Part shown: positions 25,307 through 38,773 of the stretch, in pieces
Layout: every line of letters begins with the position of its first letter
Position numbering within the stretch: position 1 is the stretch's first letter
From: Vicugna vicugna
Lineage: Eukaryota
Reading direction: 5' to 3'
DNA: 64,000 nucleotides
NCBI GenBank assembly: GCA_013265495.1
Contig: MU058424.1
Location: 1-64,000 of the forward strand
The notes under the pieces: model-generated
What the model saw: only the letters and a program-made list of their open reading frames with translations
The model's database searches: none
Told to the model about the DNA's origin: nothing
Program-made: the position numbers and the translations under genes

Positions 25307-26095
25307 TTTTTTAAATTTTATTTTATTAAGTTATAGTCAGTTTACATTGTTGTGTCAATCTCCAGTGTAGAGCACAATTTTTCAGTTATACACGAACATA
25401 CATATTTCATTGTCACATTCTCTTTCACCGTGAGCTACCACAAGATGTTGTATATATTTCCCTGTGCTATACAGTATAATCTTGTTTATCTATTCTGTAT
25501 ATACCTGTCAGGATCTACAAATTTCTACTCCCAGTCTGTCCCTTCCCTCCCTCCTCCCGCTTGGCAACCACAAGTTTGTATTCTAAGTTTATGAGTCTGT
25601 TTCTGTTTTGTATTTATATTCATTTTTCTTTTTCTTTTTTTTTTAAGATTTCATATATGAGCAATCTCATATGGTATTTTTCTTTCTCTTTCTGGCTTAC
25701 TTCACTTAGAATGACATTCTCCAGGAGCATCCATCTTGTTGCAAATGGCGTTATGTTGTCATTTTTATGGCTGAATAGTATTCCATTGTATAAATATACC
25801 ACCTCTTCTTTATCCAGTCATCTGTCGATGGACTTTAGGCTGTTTCCATGTCTTGGCTATTGTAAATAGTGCTCCTATGAACATTGGGGTGCAGGTGTCT
25901 TTTTGAAGTAGGATTCCTTCTGGATATATGCCCAGGAGCAGGATTTCTGGGTCATATGGTAAGTCTATTCCTAGTCTTTTGAGGACTCACCTAGTCTTTA
26001 CTCTCCACACTGTTTTCCACAGTGGCTGCACCAAACTGCATTCCCACCAGCAGTGCAGGAGGGTTCCCTTTTCTCCACAGCCTCTCCAGCATTTA
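25307..26095 (-). mobile_element. Young L1 3' end nested in L1MA
   Basis: TSD gatg(g/a)tgaacattct at 25292-25306 and 26096-26110. Confidence 0.95.
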
Positions 26096-27202
26096 GATGA
26101 TGAACATTCTAATAGGTGTGAGGTGATATCTCATTGTGGATTTAGTTTGCATTTCTATACTAAGTAGTGATGTTGAGCATCTTTTCGGTACCTGTTGGCC
26201 TTCCATATATCCTCGTGGGGAAAAAAATGCCTATTCAGATCTTTTGCTCATTTTTTAATTGAGTTATTAGTTTGTTTTTGCTATGAGTTATTTGTATATT
26301 TTGGATACTAACCCCTTATCAGATACATGTTTTGCAAATATCCTTTCTCATTCTATATGTTGTCTTTTCACTTTGTTGATGGTTTCCTTTGTACTGCAGA
26401 AGTTTTTTAATTTGAAGAATGACATTTTTGAAGTGCCAAAAAAAACAAACCTGTCATCTAAAAATTTTAAACCCAGTGAAAGTATTTTTCAAATGAGACA
26501 AGATAACAATATCTTCGTACAAAAAAAGAAGCAAAAAAAAAAATCTGAATTAATTCATTGCAAGCAGACCTGCACTAAAACAAACACTAAATTTCTTCAT
26601 GCTAAAGCTAAGTAATCTCAGATGGAAATACAAAATGCAATAGGAATGAAGAGTACAAAAAAGATAAATGTAAATTAATACTGATTATTTAAACCAATAA
26701 TAGTATTAATACTTGTATGATTTACATGACATACGTAAGAATAATATATATGAGCATAATGTCTAAGGAGGGAGATACTTAGAACTGAGCTTCTGTAAGT
26801 GTCTTGAATTCTTTGGGAAATGGTAAAATTATTAATTCAAAGAAAAATACAAATTAAAAACAAAAAAATTCAGTGAAATTGGAAGAAATTCTACTGGCCT
26901 CATCCAACTCAAGTAGTTTTTACTTTCCCTCTTAAGACAATGTTTACAAAATAGTTAGGTATTCCTAATTTTGTGGCCATTCCAGAAATGCATTAGTTGA
27001 ACTTTTAGAATTATTTCTCTGCTCTGTCTTGAACCTCAGGATCATGTACATTAATACAAGCATGGGTTCTAGCCTCAGTGGTTCTTAGAACAGTACAGTA
27101 ACTGGCAGGTCCTATGATTTAACCTAATGAGTTTCAATGTCCAATTTAAAAAGCTAATTATGTAAATATATGCTTCATTTAGTTTTTAAATTTTAATAAA
27201 AG

Positions 27203-27248
27203 ATTTCTAGTATAACTTACTTATGGGAGGGACAGACTAGCCCCTCAG
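27203..27248 (+). pseudogene. Candidate exon, phase 2-0, (R)FLV*LTYGRDRLAPQ (alternative acceptor at 27211)
   Basis: Strong donor CAG|GTAAGG; acceptors aaAG|att or ttctAG|tat; TAA at 27213. Confidence 0.6.
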
Positions 27249-27637
27249 GTAAGGCGTTCGTTGATTTTGCTGCAGTTGTCAGAAAAGCAGTGATTTAGTA
27301 CATGTTAGATAACATTCTGGCCTTTTATTATTATGTCAAGGTGAAAACACTGTCATACAAGTTTGTATCAAATAGTGTAGGCTAGTATCCTCTGAGGATG
27401 CAAAATTAGTACCTCACCCATGCCATAGATTCTATAATCTCTTCATACTTTTATTCTTAAATGTCTTTTCTCACTTACTGTTCTTTTTCCTTAGGAGTTG
27501 AATTTTATTGTACCTTTTATAATAGAATAACAATCTGTCCAACTTCTTTAACTTATTTTTCTTCACTTGTATAAACAATATATTAATAAAGCCATTAGGT
27601 AACTCCTCCCTAATAATTTGGGAATTCATTTGCCTTC

Positions 27638-28130
27638 TGTGATAGGCTGAATAATTTCCCCCAGCCCCAGTGGTACCCACAATCTAATTTCAGGAACCTG
27701 AGGATATGTTATCTCATGGTAAAACAGATTCAGCAGATATGTTTCAGTAAAGAATCTTGAGATGGGGAAATTATCCTGGAATATTTATGTGAAGCCAGTG
27801 TAATCAGAAAAGTCCTTGTAAGAGGAAGGCAGAGCTATATACAGAGAAGATGTAAAGATGAAAGTTGAGGGCAGAGAATAGAGAAGATTCTACACGGCTG
27901 ACTTTGAGGCTGCAGGAAAGGGCCATGAGCCAAGGAATGCAGGTGGACTCCATAATTTGGAAAAGGTTAAGAAACAGATGCTTCCTTAGAGTCTCCAGAA
28001 GGAACACAGAACTGCTGACGATTTGATGTTAAACTTTTGACCTCCAAAACTGAAAGAGAATCTATTTGTATCATTTAAGCCACTAAGTTTGCAGTGATTT
28101 GTTATAGAAGCAAGAGGAAACTAACAAACA
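27638..28130 (+). mobile_element. MaLR solo LTR (MLT1D/E-like)
   Basis: tgtgataggctgaataat start, ttaagccactaagtttg...gttatag...ggaaactaa end. Confidence 0.9.
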
Positions 28131-29079
28131 CTGTCAGACTTCACTTACAAAAAAAAAAGAAAAAGAAAGGAAGAAAAAACACAATGAATCAAAGGAGAAA
28201 TATGCACAGCTTAAATGGCTCTCAGGTTAGAGTAGAATTCGGAGGAAGATATTAACATTACTAAAAGGTGACATGCTTGTCAATAGCATGGTCCATTATA
28301 TTTAGGGAATAAAGCAGTCAGAAATATAATGTTGGCATCCAAGTACTACATACGGCAAGAATTCTATTATTCCAATGATACTAAACAGAATTTAGAAGAT
28401 AAGACTTTTGAGAAATAGCATAACGGTATTTGAATCTTACCTCAACCACTTCATAGTTGTTCCAGTTTGGACAGTTATTTAGCTTCTCTGAAAAGTTTTC
28501 ACTTTTGCCTGATATTAACTACAGTATTAGGCTACTATTTACTTAAATGTTCATACTTCTTTATTCCATGATCCCTAAACTAGCCTCTGATTTAGACTTG
28601 AGTTCCGAAGTAAATTTCTCTATAGGTTAAAAAAAAAAATACTGACTAGACGATCTGAGTATCTCCTCTTCTCAGCAGCTGAATTTATCACTGTGAATTA
28701 ATACATTTGCAGTGTTTTAAATGGAATTGATCTCTTTGTAATTTGTCCAAGAGACATGCATAGAAAAAATTAAGTTCCCACACCATAAAGAACAGGACTA
28801 AGATATATCTACCAATATTATATCATCCACATCAATTTTCTAACAATATGCCATCCTACTTTACAAACATCTAAGTTTTTACAATGCTTGAGAGACGATA
28901 CTTTCTTCTCATAACTTTGCAAATATCACCATTCTTCCTTTAGCCTGCTTAATGAAATTTTATCAAGTATCCATTACTTTAATATATCTATTTCTCTTTC
29001 TTTAAGAGGTTGTATAATTAATAGTAAAACTAATATGCATTTGACAGATATTGTACCAAGCTTGATTGTAATAACACTT

Positions 29080-29200
29080 AATAGATGAGGAGACTGACGT
29101 TCAGAGAGGTGAAGTGACTTGTCCAAGATCACATGGCTGGGGGAAAATCAGAGCCAGGGTACAAGCTTGTTCCAGCTCCTGTTCCAGACTGTGAGCTGTC
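29080..29200 (-). mobile_element. MIR SINE fragment
   Basis: atagatgaggagactga...cagagaggtgaagtgacttgtccaagatcaca. Confidence 0.85.
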
Positions 29201-29819
29201 ACCATTATATTATGTCACCTCTCTCATTATGGAAAGCAGCTACACAGTAGTAAACTTTGGGCAGGTTATTGTTCCTGCCCACCCTAGTAAAAGTATTTTG
29301 TACATTAGCTGTACTTTAGTAACATTGTAACTCAGAAAAATTGTCAGAAGAAAACTAAACATTTATATATTTTTAAAAAGAAAAAGACCACCTGTTTGTC
29401 ATAACTTATATTACAATCAATTCTGACGAGAAAACTGGTCAAAAGTAGCTTCTTAATGTGTGATGTTTAAGCCACTCATCTTACAGAGACATTTTAAAAT
29501 AAGCTCTGCGAAGACAAAGATAGTGAGTTATAATTTACAAAACTAAACTCGAGAGAGCTATCAGCAAACCAGCCATGATCCTTGCATGGGAACAAGGTGC
29601 AAATAAGTGTAAGTTAAACAGAAAGGGAACTTCTCTACCCCAACAGAAATGAAGATTTCTAGCCTTAGTATTTTTAAAGCAATTTTCTGCAAAAGAGCCC
29701 CAAACTATTAATCAAACTTAATTAGAGAGGATTAGCTCAGGGTCATACAGTCCTCAAAGCACCTGTGACAACAGGTGTGCTCAGAATTCTTCATTAACCG
29801 TTGCTAATGAAAGCAGGAA

Positions 29820-29980
29820 GCCCTTGTTATTCAAAGTGCGGACCTGGGGCCGGCAGCTGGCATCGCTTTGGAGTTTGTTAGAGACGCAAGTCTCAGTCCT
29901 CATCCGCACATTCGGAAGCAGAATCTGTATTTTTTTAAACTCAGACAGTTGACGTGCACCTTCAATTTTGAGATTTCGGT
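29820..29980. mobile_element. hAT-Charlie MITE (MER5A-like)
   Basis: tcaaagtg...gcagc...gggcatc...ggagtttgttagagacgca...cagaatctgtattttt. Confidence 0.75.
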
Positions 29981-31444
29981 CTCTGATTTCAGTTTGCTCT
30001 CTAACCAGGGGTAAATCTAAATCTATTAGGAGGTATAATATGATTTTTTAAATTATTTTTAAATGTGCACTGCAGCTTTGGAAACAGAAAGGCTGAAGAG
30101 GCACAGCTTCCGTTCTGAGAGAATTCTTATAAAGCAGTTGCCCCTGGAGGAATGCTAAAGCAATATCAGAACCTACTGAAAATCTTCCTTTTCATCTATC
30201 AAGTTTAGAACCACCCGAATTTTTTGTGTTTATGTGGCAAAAATAATTGCATTTCAGCTGTTACATTTCATTCTGTTCACATATAACACCAGATCATTCT
30301 ATTCATAAAATGATTCGCTGAGAAAGAAATCACCAACTCTCTCTTGTTCCTAAGAGAGAAGATACATTAATCTCTTCTAGAAATTTTTTAGGACTAGGGA
30401 GTCCTGATCTCCACAGCAAATTCTCCCAGAGTTCTCATAGCATATTTCTCAAGAGTAAAAAGTTAAATAAAATCAAAATTAAACAAGAGGTAGCTGTAAT
30501 TGTCCTTTATTATCCAGTTTGCCCATCATCTGAACTCCGAGTTAAGGTGTTACTTGTTTTTATGAGCCTTACTAGGGGACAAGTACACTCTCTTTTGAAG
30601 CTGAAAGTGCCAAGTTCTTTCCCAGGGTCCCCTGCAGCTAAGGCATGAGATTCTAACACATTCTGCCCACTAAATGCACTCTCATTGGCGTTACTCTCAG
30701 GAGTTGGCAGCACAAAGAGGCAGAATGAATGCAGACTTGAGCTCCTGGCACTAAGGCAACAGCAGTGAAAACCACAGTAGCAATGGCAGTGGTTCCTTCA
30801 TAAAAATGGTGCTACACAGAATTGGGGTCATCTGTTGTACCCAGAACGTTGGCCACAAGTCTGTTTTACCACCTTCCCAAGTCAACCTAGTAAAGCTTCT
30901 GGTGATTATAACTGAAAATACTGAGAGACATTGCGGCTGTATTTGAATTAAACATTTCAAATAGTGTACATCCTCACTTCACTCTGGCATATCTGCTTGG
31001 ACCAACTGTACAGCTTCTTGGCTTCGGGGCAGTTTCCCGGTTGTGGACAGCACCGTACCACCCCTTCCGCCTGAAAGAGTGTGTTTTCCTGGGATGAGTC
31101 GCTTATGCATTTCCGTTTCCAGCTGTTGATCCTGATGTAACTTCTGATGTATTAACACTTGCTGAAATTCTACAGCTTGTAGATAACGTAACAGCTTGTA
31201 AATAACAGGTCTTTGTCTACAGGGAGGGGTGGGAAGGGGACCTCTTGGAAGTGTTCAGAACTGGGAAGAAACATTCCTTTCTTTAATATATTGATATTAA
31301 GGCAGATTTGAGGGTTCTTTTTCTAACTGGTATCAGTTCTTAACTGATTACTTCGTTTGAAAAATTATGGTGTTATATTTGAGAGTTTTAAGTACCCTTT
31401 CATAAATAGATCTGAAAGCCTCTTCTATTTTTTTATTATTATAG

Positions 31445-31536
31445 ATCTCATTAATGGTTTTCATTGGGAGAGTCCAAAAGATACGGATCAAGCATTTGGC
31501 TTTGAAAGTTAGAGAGAGTCAGGATGCAGTACACAG
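31445..31536 (+). pseudogene. Candidate exon, phase 0-2, ISLMVFIGRVQKIRIKHLALKVRESQDAVH
   Basis: ttttttattattatAG|atc ... CAG|GTATGG; 92 nt open in this frame. Confidence 0.65.
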
Positions 31537-32439
31537 GTATGGAGTCATGTATCATCAACATTGCATGTTACACTTTCTTGAAGTATTTTCTTATTGAAAT
31601 GTCATACCAAACACAAAGAGATTAAATATAAAACAAAAGCCTAATATAAAACAATATTTCAAAGTTTGGAAATATTAGACTGATGTAAAATACTTCAAAC
31701 ACTCTCACTAAAGTTTCCCACTGAATTCTCAGCTGCACAAAAGCAAGAATTTTGATCTGTTTTATTCACAGCGATATATAAAATAAAATATTAATACAGG
31801 CACTCAAAAATACTTATTGAAAGAGCGCGTTGTTTGTTAAAAATATTGGTCACTGAGCCTCACTTAAGAATTTCTAAATCAGAATCTCTGTATGTAGGGC
31901 TTAATTACCCTTGCACTTGACTGTCAAAACTTGAAAATTGTTCTCTGCTGAAATTCATTCAATACCTGTTATCTAAGGAAAGAATTCATTTGGCATTAAA
32001 GTAACTACGTTTTTGCACTTTTAAGATCACCTATAGCTACACCACCATTAATATAATGTTCTATATTATATTGCAGAAGAATTGCAAACAGAATATTTTG
32101 ACACAAATTAGGTTAACTGCGGGAAGTTGCCAGTTGGTAAAGCTCTGTCATTGCTCTAGCTTGAAGAAAGCAAGTTGTGAGAGCAGAGGAGTGACTTGGT
32201 TTCTTCCCCATCATGAAGGATTCTTTGTTTCTCCATTTATTATCGTCAACAGATTAATTTAGTGCTCACTAAGTACCTGGAACAGACTGTGTGTAAATGA
32301 AAACAGATTCTAGTATTAGCGGCAGGAATTACAGGGAGAAATGCAACGATAAACAAACAAATAAAAAAAAGGTACTGCAGTGTACCCATCCAGCTCCCAA
32401 AATAGTCTCATAGGGTAGTTGCTATTACACACAGAATTT

Positions 32440-34720
32440 TTTTTTGTTTTCATTCTTGTTTTAGTGATATTTTATAGAAACATAAAGTACATGGAGTTAT
32501 GCTAAACATTTTTACATACAAAATGTATTTTCTCAACCAAATAGAGACAATGTCATCACTTAGAAGCCTTTCTTGCACTATTCTCCCAACCAGTCAGCCT
32601 GGCAAGCAGACTGACTACTCTGATTTCCATCACTAAAGGCTGAGCTTGCGTCTTTTTAACCTTTATATAAAAGGAATGACATGGTATGTACTCTTTTGCA
32701 TCTGAAGGCTTTCACTAAAATTTATGGCTGTGAGATTCAACAATGTGTCTGAATTCATTATTCTGTAGCGCTGTACACAGGACTTCACTATTCTGTATTG
32801 TTGTGTAGTTGTGTAGTATTGTGTCATGTATTGTTGTAAAGTAGAATATTACTTTATGAATATTATTCTGTAACTTATTTACTCTTTCTGTGTTGAAGGG
32901 AAGTTGGTTTTATTCTATTACGCGGCCATGACGAACGAGGCTGGGATGAATATTACTGACCATGACTTTCAGTCAACTGATTGCTTACTCTGAGGAGTGC
33001 ATACTCAGAAGCGCAACTGCTGAGTACAGGGCATACGTATGCTTAAACGTGGTAGATAATGCCAGCGAGTTTCCAATATTTTTTAACTCAGTTTGCACTC
33101 CCACTGACAAAGATTTGCAATCACTCCAAATTTTTGCCAAGACTTGATATCATCTTTTTAATTTTAGCAAGTCTGATGGGTGGGTGGCGGTATCCCATCA
33201 CAGTTTGATTTGCATTTTTTTCTTATGACCAATGGTGCTGAGTATCTTTTTTTTATATTAACTGGCCTATTGGTATAGTTTTCATGAAATGCCTGTTCAA
33301 GAATTCTGCTAAATTTTAACTAGGTTGCTTTGTAGTATTGTGATTCTCTTCTCTCATTTTGGTGCTTTTTTTTTTTGAAATGTAGATTATTGTCATTTCT
33401 TTTACAGTTAGATCTTTTCATATCCTATTTAAGAAAAATTTTGCTTCATGTTTGTGAAGATATGTTTCTATGTTATCTTCTAGAAGTTTAATATTTTACC
33501 ATTTGCATATAAATATATCATGCCTCTTTTTAAAATTTATTTATTTTGTATTTTTTTTGAAGTATAGTCAGTTACAATGTGTCAATTTCTGATGGACAGC
33601 ATAATGTCCCAGTCTTACATATATTCATTTTCAGATTCTTTTTCATTAAAATTATTATAAGATATTGAATATATTTCCCTGTGCTATAAAAAAGAAATTA
33701 GTTTTGTATCTATTTTTATACATAGTTGTTTTAACCTTTGCAAATCTCAAGCTCCCAAATTTATCCCTTCCCACCCCTTTTCCCCTGTAACCATAACATT
33801 GTTTACTATGTCTGCGAGTCTGTGTTTTGTAGATGAGTTCATTACTGTCCTCTTTTTTCTTTTCTTTATTTCTTTCTTTCTATTTTTTAGATTCCACATA
33901 TGAATGATATCATATGGTATTTTTCTTTCTTTCTGACTTACTTCACTTAGAATGACAATTTCCAGGTCCATCCATGTTGCTGCAAATGTCATCATTTTAT
34001 TCTTTTTTATGGCTGAGTAGTATTTCACTGTATAAATATACCACAACTTCTTTATCCAGCCCTCTGTTGATGGACATTTAGGTTGTTTCCATGTCGTGGC
34101 TATTGTCAGTAGTGCTTCTGTGAACATTGGGGTGCAGGTGTCTTTTCTAATTAGAGGTCCCTCTGGAAATGTATTCTTAGCTATTGAATGATAGCTAGAG
34201 GATTATAGTCCTGGGATTCTTAGGTGTAGAATTACAGATTTTTATACTATTTCAAATGTTTATATTTGTGTTTTTCTGTTCTATTTGATTTTTTCTTTTA
34301 TATAAAAATTAAGTTTTATGCATTGACATTCTATTTCATGATCTTACTATATTCATTAATCCTAACAGCACTTTTAAAGATTTGTTTTGATTTTTAGAAT
34401 ACAAAATTATTACTCTTCCTTTCAATCTTTGTAATTTCCATTTCTCCCCTTTTGCCTCATTGCACCATTTAGGACTTCCAGTACATTATTGAATAAATAT
34501 GCTAATAACAGACAACTTTGGTAATGCTTTCAAGTGAACCTGAAAAGCTCATGTATTCTGCAGTTGTTGGTATAAATTAGGTTAAGCTGATTAAATTGTG
34601 CTACATAATATGTTTATTGACTTCTATATTGACTAGCCTGTTTTGTCTAAGAGAACTATGTTAAAGTCTTCAACTCTAATGGAGGATTTGTCTATTTTTC
34701 TGTTTACTTCTCTCAACTTT
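32440..34720 (-). mobile_element. Old L1ME/MD-type 3' region, interrupted by young L1
   Basis: Diverged antisense L1 3' UTR/ORF2 motifs. Confidence 0.75.
33527..34170 (-). mobile_element. Young L1 3' end
   Basis: ATTWKQPKCPSTEGWIKKLWYIYTVKYYSAIKKN; T-rich tail. Confidence 0.95.
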
Positions 34721-35892
34721 TGTTCTCCATCAAATGGAAAATAAATAAATAATAACAAAGGTTTCAGGCTGAGATTAAGCCATTGCAGCTTTATTCCTGT
34801 GGCATTAGTGATCTATTGACCTCAGATAGAAAGAAAGGCACCATGTGGAGAACTCTTCATTCTGCAATGTGCTCAGATACCAGCTCCATTCCTCAAAACC
34901 TGGGCATGTTAGTATCATTTTTAGAATATTTCAAAAAAGTCTAATGAGACAATTGACTGAATGTCAAAACATATTCACCATAGATAAAACTGTAGAAGAA
35001 GGCAGGCATTAGTGTTACCTGCTAGGGAGTGAGCACCAGCTGTCACTGAAAGGATGATAGTTTTAGACTATGATGGTGGCACTGAACTAAAGAAAGAAAT
35101 GGATCGTTTTAGTTATAATTTGGAGACGGAGACGGCAGAGACATTCTATAGTGACTTAAAAGTAGAAGTCAAGTGGGTGAGGAAATTGAGAAATAAAGAC
35201 TGAATACTAATTTCAGGGGTGAGTTTTAAGAGTTTAGATTCTGTTTGAGTTTAGTCTGCTTTTCTCTTGGAAGCCCCACTGGGTGAGTACAAACATAAGG
35301 ACATCTGCAGTAAGTTTAGAGCATTAATTCAGAGTTTTTATTTCAGTGGACTCAGCTTAATATAGTCCCACATCCTTTCACGTCCAATTGTATGAATGGT
35401 ATATGTAAAAATGGTATCACCATTTTTCATGATATTAGCCATTAACAAGGGTTTTAATTACACATTTGTCAACTTCATTAATAAAGGGAAGCTGTGATAT
35501 ATCTGTATCGATACTGATGCTTATACTGACATACAGACACAGCTGTGTAGCTATATGGATGTATACTTGTAGTTGCAACTCTGTAGCAAAACACCTCCAG
35601 ATAACAAAGTGACATTATTTTTAAAATGTAAATTTTTCATTTAGATGAGGATCTCATTTACATTGTGAAATAACGCTGATTTGGATAGGTGCTAATTACT
35701 TAGAATTTCAAACCAAGTAATGAAGATTTGATAATGATACACAGGTTCAGAGTTAATTAGAAAACACATCATCAAAGGTCAGGTTAGAAAGTGAAGCTTT
35801 GACATTTTGATATTTAAATAAAAGATGTGGGAGCATAAGGTAATGACTTACTTGAACTAAGATATGACTGAATGGATATTGCTCTTTTGTAG

Positions 35893-35936
35893 GGTATCAG
35901 GACGGATTTTAATAACTATGTTAAATGCTAGTTGTA
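35893..35936 (+). pseudogene. Candidate exon, phase 2-1, (R)VSGRILITMLNASC
   Basis: ttgctcttttgtAG|g good acceptor; donor GTA|GTTAAA poor, chosen for phase fit. Confidence 0.4.
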
Positions 35937-36389
35937 GTTAAAGATGGAGGCTGAAAGTTGCTTTGACCGATGTCTTAAATATCAGTTTTCCAAATCTTCT
36001 AATCCCTTAATAACATCCTTAATTTATGCTGTGTTTACCTAGCTTCATGATATGGCTTCATTCATTCATGATCTGGATTCATTCAATAAATGGCTTGAAA
36101 TGCCAAATGCCAATGACTACCTGACAAATTACAGTGAACCCTTATGTACACATTTCTTTTTGTAAGTGATGTTGGTAGTAAAAGCATCATATAATTTAAA
36201 CATACTCCTTGTTCAAAATGTCCATTTATGCTGAAATATTAGTAATAAGTAGCTTTTGTTTTGTATAGAATATATTGATTCAAGTTTTTTTTAATATTTA
36301 ATATATTTCTTAATCTTTTCCTTAACATAACTCACTCTACCCTGATATCTGTTTACTCAGTGCAATGTCATGCCAATGTCTGAGTGGCC

Positions 36390-36905
36390 ACTCATTTATT
36401 TCATAAATATTTGTTGAACACCTACCATGTGAGACCAAAGGAGTAAGTCATGGGCAAGGTTTTCTTTCCTTGGTGTAGACCAAGTGGAGAGTCAGAGTAA
36501 AGAAGGAAAAACGGTCATGATAAAAGTGACAAGTGTGTGAAGAAAGATACAAGGAAATGGCATAAAATCCCAGAATAAGGAGTTTGGAAGACTTATCAGA
36601 GAGATCCTAGAACAGGAGACATTTAAATCGTATCTCGAAGGAGGAAAGTGCATTTGACAAGCCAATAGATTGAAGAAGGGCACTTTAGACAGAATAATCA
36701 ACTTAACAATAAAAATAGATACAGTTTGAATGTTTATCTCCAGTCAGGCTGGATAAAAATGTTCTTTTATTCATCATGAATGTCCTATAATTACATTATT
36801 CCCACACTACAGATTAAGAAATTGAGTCTCAGAAATGTCTTGTAGCTAGTAAAGGATAGATCAAGTATTCAGACTCAGCCAGTCTCACTCAGATTTCATA
36901 CTTTT
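36390..36905 (-). mobile_element. L2 fragment (36390-36700) followed by MIR fragment
   Basis: tcataaatatttgttgaacacctaccatgtg L2 tail; acagattaagaaattgagtctcaga MIR core. Confidence 0.7.
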
Positions 36906-37498
36906 AACACTTAACACTTAGATGGCACAGGAAAAGGTAGAAATAGAGGGTGAAAAGCTTCTGGTGCTTTAGTAATAAAGCTTTAAACTTCCCCAAGGCT
37001 AATTTTAAGCCATAGAGTTTATCGTTTCAAGTATGGCTCATTTCAAGAAAATCAGTATATTTTTGTGAGCTTATTTTTAAATGACTTAGTGGTTCAGAAT
37101 TTAAACTTAGCGATTTGTTCTACACTCTTAAAAAATGTGGTGCCTGGACCAAAAAATTATTATCTTCTCCAAAATTTCCAAAATAACCTTCTTCTTCTTT
37201 CTCTTATTATAATTGCTGTACAAAGAAATAATCACAAATATGACTCTGGTGGTCTTTTACCTTTTAAAATATGTGGAACTTCTTTTTTTTTTTTCCCTAG
37301 AGAAAGACTGCTTGGGACTCTCATTACCCCTTCCTCACTTTTAATGGCATATATTTAATTCATGCTTGCTTAGAATCATTCTTTTTTTTTCTTTAAGTGA
37401 CTTTATTTAAGATAAGTCCTAAAAAACTAATAATGGCCCTGAGATAGGATACATCCAAAATAACATTCCGGCTGGCTTGGTTTTTGTTTGTTTTACAG

Positions 37499-37527
37499 GA
37501 ATGTTCTACTTTAGAAATGCCCACTAT
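37499..37527 (+). pseudogene. Candidate exon, phase 1-0, MFYFRNAHY
   Basis: Strong acceptor ttttgtttgttttacAG|g; donor TAT|GTAACC. Confidence 0.55.
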
Positions 37528-38230
37528 GTAACCCTTAATTTGAATATATATTTAGGGCAGTAGTTGGTACTGTCACACAATAATTGACTGCGAACTTTAC
37601 TCATGAAGAGATGTTACTAAGTCAAGCGTGAAAACTGGCGGCGGGTGAAGGGAACTCCAAATGTGGAACAGAGTACGAGGGCAACTGATGACACTCACCC
37701 AATTAACATGCCTCTGCTTTCTTATTCCTGCCTACAAGACAAGGTAGTAGATGTAGGTGGTGATAAAGAAAACAAAACTGGATTTAGCCCTCATCACAAC
37801 TACGATGATTGCTGGGGATCTATCAATCTTCTTTTTATGTAGCACCATGGAACGAAAACAGTTACAGCTGTCCTATACTTAAAATTTCTCCTCCTGTTTA
37901 AACCCCATCTAAACATTCGTGAAGATTCTTCATCCCAGCTCCTGTATAATCCATTCCTCATCTAATATGCTCTATATTTTATTTTTCCTTTATCCTAATT
38001 AGATCACCTAAGTTATGGCAGATGGTATGTGCGAGTCTGTGGCAGGCAGCCTCCAGGATGACCCCTAATGTTTCCTACCTCGTAGTTTTCATGCCCTTAT
38101 GCGATACCCTCTTTTTATGTTTGAGCTGGACTTACAAGCTCCCAGGAAATGGAATACAGCAGAAGTACTCAGATGATACTTTTGAGACTGGGTTATAAAA
38201 AGACTGTGGCTTTCTTCTGGAGTGTGTGGA

Positions 38231-38705
38231 CAGTCCCTGCTTTACGGTGATTTGACTTACAAAGTTTTGACTTTACAAGGGTGCAAAATTGATACACATA
38301 CAGTAGAAACTGTGCTTGAAAATGTGAATTTTGATATTTTTCCAGGCCAGTGATGATGGGCTGTGGCAGTGAGGTACAGCTCCCAGTCAGCCACACAGTC
38401 GTGAGGTTAAACCACCAATACACTTAGCCAGTCTTACCCAGACAAGCATTCTGCTTTAGTCCTTGAGTACAATATTCAGTAAATTGCCTGAGATATTCAA
38501 CACTTCGTTATACAACAGACTTTGAGTTCGATGATTTTGATCAACGATAGACTGATGTCTAAGTGTTCTGAGCGCATTTAAGATAGGCTGGGCTAAGCTA
38601 TGATGGGCAGTGGTTAGGTGTATTAAATGCATTTTCAACTTACAATATTTTCAACTAATGATGGGCTTATCAGGACATAGCCTCTTGGAAGCTGAGGAAG
38701 GTCTG
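38231..38705 (-). mobile_element. Tigger5/MER47-like DNA transposon
   Basis: ggttaggtgtattaaatgcattttcaacttacaatattttcaac...atgggcttatcaggac motif and degenerate TIRs. Confidence 0.8.
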
Positions 38706-38773
38706 GATGTTCTTGCTCCCTGTCTCTGGAAGGCAGCTAGGTGCCGCCCCGTGAGCCGCCTTATGCAGAGGCC

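Larger units (their letters stand above)
24135..26416 (-). mobile_element. L1MA-type 3' end, nested, itself carrying two insertions
   Basis: Antisense 3' UTR and ORF2 end; 13-bp TSD with one mismatch. Confidence 0.9.
23200..26840 (+). mobile_element. Old L1M ORF1 region, split by nested insertion 24135-26416
   Basis: MAKDFPDLMKDNKPQTQ ORF1-like peptide; resumes after TSD gaatgaca(c/t)tttt at 24122-24134 and 26417-26429. Confidence 0.8.
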
